64,000 bases of DNA from a virus (Duplodnaviria; Caudoviricetes). Positions 58,579 to 64,000 of this stretch are shown piece after piece (within the stretch, counting starts at the first letter, position 1; the number at the start of each line of letters is the position of its first letter). The notes under the pieces were generated by a model. That model searched no databases. It was not told where the DNA came from and saw only the letters and a program-made list of their open reading frames with translations. Made by a program: the position numbers and the translations under genes. The stretch lies in the IMG/VR virus record IMGVR_UViG_3300037827_000187, positions 2,026 through 66,025 of that record; one strand, written 5' to 3'.

Positions 58579-58813
58579 AGAGATGAAGCCCCTGGTGAGG
58601 GGCTCGATTAAAGCAGTAAGGGTGGCGATTGCCAAACTCAATGACCCAAGCTCAGTCACTAAACGAAGCATACAAGAGATGGAAGAACGCATCAAATGGC
58701 GAAGCCGAGAACCTGTTGTCATTGCTTGTGAAATCGTTGGAGAAGCTCGCCCTGTCCATTTGTTGGCGCAAGATTCCGGATCTGCGGAGCGAGTTCCCGT
58801 GGGTGGTCAATGA
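58391..58813 (+). CDS. Hypothetical protein
   Basis: AAGGAGG RBS; 3' end overlaps the sigma gene. Confidence 0.5.
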   Translation: MPIEWETLKRKLMLPLGKVRHYQEEARRRMILTLGGYDPVTVRFLCYRAGLLSEQTLTGSFSKEMKPLVRGSIKAVRVAIAKLNDPSSVTKRSIQEMEERIKWRSREPVVIACEIVGEARPVHLLAQDSGSAERVPVGGQ

Positions 58814-59168
58814 AGCAACGTGGAGGGCGATCAGTGGTGAAGGCAAATTCGGAGGCAAGAGTCAGTTTTCGGTCTGGTTCTATCGGATCGTGGTCAATGA
58901 GTGTAACCGACTTCTTAAGCGCACACAGAAACTTCGGGAAACAACTGTCGGGTTGGACGACATACCCTTATTTGGAAAATCTAAGACTGATCGCGGTGAC
59001 GCATTACAGGGAGTCTTACAAGGAATCGGTTGGCCGGATCAAACCCTCATTGCGTTAAAGGCGGAGGGCTGGAGCACCCGTGAAATCGCCGGGATGCTGG
59101 ATACAAGCGAAGCTGCTGTTAAGATGCGCTGGAGTCGGTTGAAGGGGAGATTAAGAGATGCCGGATAG
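58641..59168 (+). CDS. ECF-type sigma-70 family sigma factor
   Basis: Region 2 F.G.SQFSVWFYRIVVNEC; region 4 EGWSTREIAGMLDTSEAAVKMRWSR. Confidence 0.88.
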   Translation: MTQAQSLNEAYKRWKNASNGEAENLLSLLVKSLEKLALSICWRKIPDLRSEFPWVVNEATWRAISGEGKFGGKSQFSVWFYRIVVNECNRLLKRTQKLRETTVGLDDIPLFGKSKTDRGDALQGVLQGIGWPDQTLIALKAEGWSTREIAGMLDTSEAAVKMRWSRLKGRLRDAG

Positions 59169-60171
59169 CTTTTTTAATCCGTTTGATGGGCTGGCCGCGC
59201 AACAAGGGCAACAACAGGCTGCTCAACAACAACAAGTCTTTTATTCATCGCCGATACAGCAGGCGATGAGCGAGTTATTTAGCCACGGGAGTTTTGTCTA
59301 CAAACCGACGCCCTTGACTCCTGAGCAAGAAGTTCAACGAGCCCGGCGCAACGAGGCCTTCTATCGAATGGCCCGGCTCGAAAGAGAGCGTGAAGTAGAA
59401 CAAGAAAAGATCGAAGAAGCGGAGGAAGGTGTGGTTCTCAATACATTTTTAATTGGATGTGATCCGGAGTTTGTTGCACTCGATGGAGCTAATCATGTCA
59501 TTAATGTAGGGCATACGTTGCAGCACATCGGAGAAATAGGCTGGGATCACAGCGGAAATGTCATCGAAGTGAGGCCCAAGCCTGCCAAGGGGGCATTTGC
59601 CCTGGTAAGAAGGATGCAGAAGCTACTAAAGGATCCCCGACTGGAAGGCCTTGGATGCGCCAAGCTCCGAGCGGGAGCTTATGTACCGCCCTATTTACTT
59701 GGGGGGCATATTCACATTGGGGGTGTGTGTTCACGAGATCAAGAACATCTCAATCGCATTACCGCCATGGATGCCGTCACCCGGCTTCTCGAACACCTTG
59801 ACATTCTACCAACAAAAGAGTGTATCGAACGCCGCAAGAAAGGCGCGGACGCTGGCTACGGGAAGTTTGGCGCGGTCCGGTATAAGGCCGATGGCCACTT
59901 TGAATATCGAACCATGGCTAGCTGGCTGCATGATCCGCGCGTGGCCTATATATGCTTGACTGCGGCCAAGCTTGCGGCGGTGGCGCCAATCGAAACGAGA
60001 ACTGCCCTCGAAAAGGCTACAAGCTTCGCGGCTTTGCAAACATGGGCCGAGAATTACAAGAAGGATGACAACGTCAAGAGGATGCTGCGTTTGTTTGAAA
60101 AGGGCCATCGGAGCTTGGTTAAAGATCCCGATGTGGACTTTCGAGGACGATGGGAGACCTTAGGACTATGA
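59158..60171 (+). CDS. phiEco32-like COOH-NH2 ligase type 2, paralogue 3
   Basis: IGCDPEF, GWD...EVRP.P, LGGHIHIG, YG..G.VR...FEYRTMASWL; DFRGRW shared with paralogue 2. Confidence 0.85.
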   Translation: MPDSFFNPFDGLAAQQGQQQAAQQQQVFYSSPIQQAMSELFSHGSFVYKPTPLTPEQEVQRARRNEAFYRMARLEREREVEQEKIEEAEEGVVLNTFLIGCDPEFVALDGANHVINVGHTLQHIGEIGWDHSGNVIEVRPKPAKGAFALVRRMQKLLKDPRLEGLGCAKLRAGAYVPPYLLGGHIHIGGVCSRDQEHLNRITAMDAVTRLLEHLDILPTKECIERRKKGADAGYGKFGAVRYKADGHFEYRTMASWLHDPRVAYICLTAAKLAAVAPIETRTALEKATSFAALQTWAENYKKDDNVKRMLRLFEKGHRSLVKDPDVDFRGRWETLGL

Positions 60172-60449
60172 CAGCGCATGTTGCAATGGTACTCAAGGAT
60201 CTGGCAGTTGCCTCCAGTTGTCTTAGTTCAGCAGGGGCGGGGTTCTTAGCGCGTACTTTGTATGAGAAAGAGCATCCCCGTGAGCACGATCATGTTTTGC
60301 ATGGCTGTGAAGGCTGCCATGCTATGTTTCAAGACGGGATGCATCTAGGAATGCAACGTATGCCACGAGCTCAGGAAGCCGAACGCCTTCAATATCGACT
60401 CAACATCATCCAAGGCGTCCTCGATCGGCTTCACGTAGAGGTCAAATGA
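60168..60449 (+). CDS. Hypothetical protein
   Basis: ATGA coupling; CEGCH. Confidence 0.45.
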   Translation: MTAHVAMVLKDLAVASSCLSSAGAGFLARTLYEKEHPREHDHVLHGCEGCHAMFQDGMHLGMQRMPRAQEAERLQYRLNIIQGVLDRLHVEVK

Positions 60450-60739
60450 GCCGACGCAGATTGAGTGCTAACCAGATCCGTAGGCGACACGAAAGAATGT
60501 GTCGATGGAAGGTTAAGTTTGAGAGTGAGGCGCTGGCGCAGATTGCCTTGGCAGATGCTCCCAATTGGAGCACCCCGGAGAGGCTGACTAATCTTGGGCT
60601 TTATATATGCACGGCATGTGGATACATTCACATCGGGCATCAACCTAAATGGACTAAGACTAACGGGCCTGTTGTAAGCGGACCCCGTTTTGAAGCGAGG
60701 AATGAAATACAACCACCTCCTATTCAACCGGTGTCATGA
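60446..60739 (+). CDS. Small zinc-binding protein
   Basis: C..KV.F...Y.C..CG..HIGH. Confidence 0.6.
   Translation: MSRRRLSANQIRRRHERMCRWKVKFESEALAQIALADAPNWSTPERLTNLGLYICTACGYIHIGHQPKWTKTNGPVVSGPRFEARNEIQPPPIQPVS
60680..60702 (+). repeat. Dispersed motif copy 12 (A)
   Basis: GGACCCCGTTTTGAAGCGAGGAA. Confidence 0.85.
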
Positions 60740-60777
60740 CACTGTATGACCTAACCCCTTTAAATACATACATATAT

Positions 60778-60834
60778 AAATGTCTCTCTTTTATCCTCTG
60801 GATCTAGGGTATATTGGGGAGAGCAGAGACATTT
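60778..60834. repeat. AT-rich inverted-repeat element, copy 2
   Basis: AAATGTCTCT ... AGAGACATTT, 10-bp perfect IR. Confidence 0.6.
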
Positions 60835-60936
60835 TTAAACCCCTCATTCAGAAGGACTTACAAAGGAATGTCACGATCCAAGAATTAATCCACGAAGTGT
60901 TACCAAATCCCGCCTACCGAGGTCTAAACATACGAG

Positions 60937-61218
60937 ATGCAAAGTCTCCATATTCGACACGGCCAAGCCGTGACCATTGATTGGCTCGACTCCAAGGCCC
61001 TGGGAGGATGGCAGCGACAGACATTCACCACGCCTGGGACCGTCCGTAGCCTTGGATATGTGGTGGCCACGGATGATGTGGCCATTGCCATAACAACCAG
61101 CATAGAAGAGACAGGGTGCCATTATGATCCTCTTAGTATACCGTGGGGGTGCATTACTCGGATCGATATCATGTCCGAAGATTATTCCAGAGAAGGCCCC
61201 GCAGAGCCCCTCGCCTAA
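60937..61218 (+). CDS. Conserved phage hypothetical protein
   Basis: V.IDWLDS...W...SLGYVV...IPWGCI. Confidence 0.65.
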   Translation: MQSLHIRHGQAVTIDWLDSKALGGWQRQTFTTPGTVRSLGYVVATDDVAIAITTSIEETGCHYDPLSIPWGCITRIDIMSEDYSREGPAEPLA

Positions 61219-61229
61219 AAACGGGGTCC
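61209..61229 (-). repeat. Dispersed motif copy 13 (B)
   Basis: CCTCGCCTAAAAACGGGGTCC. Confidence 0.8.
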
Positions 61230-61277
61230 AGTCCGATGGTGACATGGGAGGACTTGGGGGAAAGCCAATGAGAAGCA

Positions 61278-62027
61278 TTGACCGAGACGACTGAGCTTTA
61301 TGGTGGAGAAGTAATCCTGGAGTTCAACCCAGGAAACCACCAATACCGAGTGATCATCCGAGGCCGCAAGTATAAACCTCTTGCGGTCACGCGGATTTGT
61401 TCAATTGTAGACAAGCCTGCCCTGATCTACTGGGCCATAGATAACACACTCGATGTAGTCAAGGCCGCTATTGGTAGTGGCGCTGAGTATAGCGAGACTT
61501 ATCTAACGGAGGTTTACCGTGCCGCACGCAAGTCCAGTCAAGGCATCAAGAAGCTGGCCGCAGATGAAGGAAAAGAGATACATCAAGCTATTGAGGGCAT
61601 CCTTAGAGGAGGCGAGAGCCTCACAGGACAGTGTCCGCAAGCAGATGGCGTGGTTGAGTGGCTTCGACGCAACGGATATGTTGTGGTTGAAGTTGAGAGG
61701 CGAGTATATTCGCGCCGTCATCGCTACTCGGGAACTCTCGATGCTATTGCTGAGACTGACGAAGGGCTCTGGCTGCTAGATTGGAAGACGGGAAAGCACA
61801 TCTATGCTGAGCATCGTCTTCAAACTGCTGCCTATGTTAAAGCCTGGGAAGAAGAAACCGGGCGCCCCATCAAGGGGCGTATCATCCTCCACACCCGGGA
61901 TGAACAGATTCGACCGTATGTTGTTCCCGTGGAAGCCCTTAAAGGGGACTGGTCCGCTTTTCTCGGAGCTAAACGCTTGTTTGAACAAGTCCAGAAGATC
62001 GAGAAGGAGCTTAAGAAGCTGAAATGA
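61278..62027 (+). CDS. PD-(D/E)XK exonuclease
   Basis: G..IH, VE, YSGTLD, LLDWKTG, Q.AAY. Confidence 0.85.
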   Translation: MTETTELYGGEVILEFNPGNHQYRVIIRGRKYKPLAVTRICSIVDKPALIYWAIDNTLDVVKAAIGSGAEYSETYLTEVYRAARKSSQGIKKLAADEGKEIHQAIEGILRGGESLTGQCPQADGVVEWLRRNGYVVVEVERRVYSRRHRYSGTLDAIAETDEGLWLLDWKTGKHIYAEHRLQTAAYVKAWEEETGRPIKGRIILHTRDEQIRPYVVPVEALKGDWSAFLGAKRLFEQVQKIEKELKKLK

Positions 62028-62290
62028 AAGTAATCTTTGTGGACGCGGAGTGTGTTGAGTGCGGCAAGAATGGATTTTATTGTAACTGCAAGGAGCCTAT
62101 GACAAAGCAATGCTTTAAGGTGTCAATACAAGAGATCACCATTCACGAAGTGATAACCCCTCCATGCAATACGCCCGAGGAAGCCGAGCAAGTGGCCCTG
62201 GATATCTTGGAAGAAGGCGGCGGGGAGATTGTCGAGTCAACCTTCGAGGCCGGGGATATTGTTCCCACTGAGGAAGACTATGATGCTTAG
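62024..62290 (+). CDS. Hypothetical protein
   Basis: ATGA coupling; CVEC, CNC; acidic tail. Confidence 0.5.
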   Translation: MKVIFVDAECVECGKNGFYCNCKEPMTKQCFKVSIQEITIHEVITPPCNTPEEAEQVALDILEEGGGEIVESTFEAGDIVPTEEDYDA

Positions 62291-62384
62291 ATGCCCCAGA
62301 TGCCGGGGACAGAAATGGCAAGAGAAGTTCTCAGGTTGGATCTGCAAGAAGTGCCGCTATTTTACCTCCACAAAACCCCTCTAG
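62280..62384 (+). CDS. 34-aa zinc-ribbon peptide
   Basis: GAGGA RBS; CPRC...CKKC. Confidence 0.5.
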   Translation: MMLRCPRCRGQKWQEKFSGWICKKCRYFTSTKPL

Positions 62385-62396
62385 AAAGTTGGCTCC

Positions 62397-63221
62397 CTGT
62401 CCCTCCTAGTAAAGAATACTCGATCATTCATAGATCCCCTAACCTTCAGGATAGTTGCCCTTATATATGGCCTTCCTGGAACTGGTAAAACATCTTGGAT
62501 CGGAACCCTTGACCCCACTACAACTGGTATCGCTGCTTGTGAAACTGGAAACGGTAGCGGTTTACTTAGCATTGCCGATCGTGGCTTTGACTGTGTTGAG
62601 CCTGAAACTCTTGGGGAACTTGAGAAGTTTTGCAAGGGCGAGATATTCCCCGAAAAGCGGGCTTTGGTGCTTGACTCTCTCTCCGCGATGGCCAAGACGC
62701 TGGTTAAAGACGCGGCCCTGAAGATCCCCCGCAGGGGAGGGGAGAGCGAGAAGCGCAAGCTTGGGATACCCGAGTTGGATGATTATGGTTCTATTGGGGA
62801 GATGACTCGACACATTATCAATTTGTTGATCGAGGCCAACCCCACCAAACACATCATTGTATCCGCAACGGAGAAGTATGATAGACCAAACGAAAATGAC
62901 CCTCCAGGCACTGAGAGCCTCATTGGCCCAGATCTCGCCGGACAAATGTTCCTCGGCGCACCTGCAATGTTCGATTTCGTTCTTAGACTTCGAACGAGAC
63001 CAAAACTCCGCAACCCGGTTGACGCTAAAACACGATATTCAGAGCGCTATTTCATTACTGGCGCGGAATCTGGCGTCATTGCAAAATGCCGTTCAAATGC
63101 TAACGGCCTTAGCCTCCTTGACCGAGAAGAGATCTTTGACCTTGCTACAGGCCAAGGCTCTTTTGAATATCTCCGAGTAAAGATCTTGAGAGGCTACGGC
63201 CATCCTATTGATTCTAAATGA
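62397..63221 (+). CDS. AAA_24/Sak4-like ATPase, probable CTG start
   Basis: In-frame upstream extension LIYGLPGTGKT; LVLDSLS, DDYG, AK.R. Confidence 0.8.
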   Translation: MSLLVKNTRSFIDPLTFRIVALIYGLPGTGKTSWIGTLDPTTTGIAACETGNGSGLLSIADRGFDCVEPETLGELEKFCKGEIFPEKRALVLDSLSAMAKTLVKDAALKIPRRGGESEKRKLGIPELDDYGSIGEMTRHIINLLIEANPTKHIIVSATEKYDRPNENDPPGTESLIGPDLAGQMFLGAPAMFDFVLRLRTRPKLRNPVDAKTRYSERYFITGAESGVIAKCRSNANGLSLLDREEIFDLATGQGSFEYLRVKILRGYGHPIDSK

Positions 63222-63239
63222 CTTAGCAAAGGAGGTTAA

Positions 63240-63299
63240 ATGACCAACAAGAAGATCACGAAGAAAGTTGCCAAGAAAACCACAAAAAAGACACGCTAA
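63240..63299 (+). CDS. 19-aa Lys-rich micropeptide
   Basis: AAAGGAGGT RBS; MTNKKITKKVAKKTTKKTR. Confidence 0.45.
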   Translation: MTNKKITKKVAKKTTKKTR

Positions 63300-63303
63300 C
63301 CGG

Positions 63304-63333
63304 CGTTACCTTTTACCCCTTCACGGGGTCTAA
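63304..63333 (+). promoter_or_regulatory. Putative phage ECF-sigma promoter, copy 4
   Basis: CGTTACCTTT-taccccttca-CGGGGTCTAA. Confidence 0.65.
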
Positions 63334-63592
63334 AGTTGTGAGGATCGGAGAACGATAGGCCCCTAGATGGGTGCAACCGTATCCCGACAGGAGGATAAGC
63401 ACACGGCTCGGACAACCAACCGGGCCGCTTATTCTCAAAGCTTAGTACCACAAGTTTCCTTGGGTTATAAGGTTCGTCAGATAAGGATGCGGCAAAACGA
63501 ATCACAAAATCCGGGCCGTAGTTTCCACCCCGTTCTACGCCGGTCGAGGGGTTTTGCCAATAAGCCCAATATCTTATAACCCAGGGAAAAAC

Positions 63593-64000
63593 ATGCCAAC
63601 CATCAAAGAAATCGCGCACCACAAAGTCAAGGATGCTTGGCGTCGGGGTGACATTGCAAAGGCTCGAGAGTTGCAATGTGTTGATTGCAGCAAACAGGCG
63701 TTGGATTATGACCATTATTTAGGCTACGAACCACAGCATTGGTTGGATGTTGAACCTGTTTGTCGCTCCTGTCATATTTTGCGTAGCCTCAAACGAGGAG
63801 AGAAACCTCGGCAAAGCGCGAGACTTCGAAAACGAATCGGACCTTTGTTAAAAGATTCTGCCTTTTACTCCTACCGAAAGGCATATGGAAGACGGGCTTA
63901 CCGAACAGATGGTGGGATTCTTGGTGTAACTAAATCTAATAAAGAGGAAAATATCAACGATGGCGTGGCAAAACATCGACTTAAAGAACGTATCTACACA
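63593..64000 (+). CDS. HNH-like zinc-binding endonuclease (runs off the window)
   Basis: AH.KV..A.RRG.I...CVDC...DH..GY.....LDV..VCRSCH. Confidence 0.65.
   Translation, partial: MPTIKEIAHHKVKDAWRRGDIAKARELQCVDCSKQALDYDHYLGYEPQHWLDVEPVCRSCHILRSLKRGEKPRQSARLRKRIGPLLKDSAFYSYRKAYGRRAYRTDGGILGVTKSNKEENINDGVAKHRLKERIYT

Larger units (their letters stand above)
1..64000. mobile_element. Tailed dsDNA phage genome fragment (podovirus-like)
   Basis: Terminase, portal, scaffold, capsid, tail and ejection-like genes in one long minus-strand block, opposed by plus-strand early and replication genes; no tape measure or sheath recognised; no host housekeeping genes. Confidence 0.93.

Noticed and set aside
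4721-61229. 13-copy motif as a CRISPR array or transposon terminal repeats
   Set aside because: Copies are kilobases apart, some lie inside intact genes, and no transposase, cas gene or target-site duplication was seen
61278-62027. Cas4 implying a CRISPR system
   Set aside because: Lacks the Fe-S cysteines and any cas context; fits a phage recombination exonuclease next to an AAA ATPase
62382-62384. Genome-wide TAG recoding
   Set aside because: Many genes end cleanly in TAG and coding density is high under the standard code

Overview
The whole window is part of a tailed dsDNA phage genome, most likely a podovirus; no host genes, CRISPR array, rRNA or tRNA were recognised. Layout: 1-2.9 kb (+) DNA and nucleotide metabolism (AAA/DUF3987-like ATPase, metallophosphoesterase, nucleoside 2-deoxyribosyltransferase-like, DUF5664-like). 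3.0-43.7 kb (-) morphogenesis: internal virion proteins, tail adaptor and nozzle, histidine phosphatase, SleB-like hydrolase, N4-gp56-like major capsid, scaffold, portal, a ~14.6 kb block of adhesin-like proteins of which four have Sec-type signal peptides, two families of small paralogues, TerL and TerS. 43.7-44.4 kb non-coding strand switch. 44.4-64 kb (+) early/middle genes: three phiEco32-like COOH-NH2 ligases, a class II glutamine amidotransferase, an ATP-grasp ligase, three CC-motif paralogues, an ECF-type sigma factor, a PD-(D/E)XK nuclease, an AAA ATPase and an HNH-like protein. Non-coding signals read by eye: (i) a ~20-bp motif in 13 copies with almost strictly alternating orientation; (ii) four copies of a fixed-spacing ECF-like promoter; (iii) the first two early genes each enclosed by a 20-24 bp inverted repeat with the same G-G mismatch; (iv) several 160-390 nt structured intergenic RNA candidates. 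All protein calls come from motif recognition without database searches.
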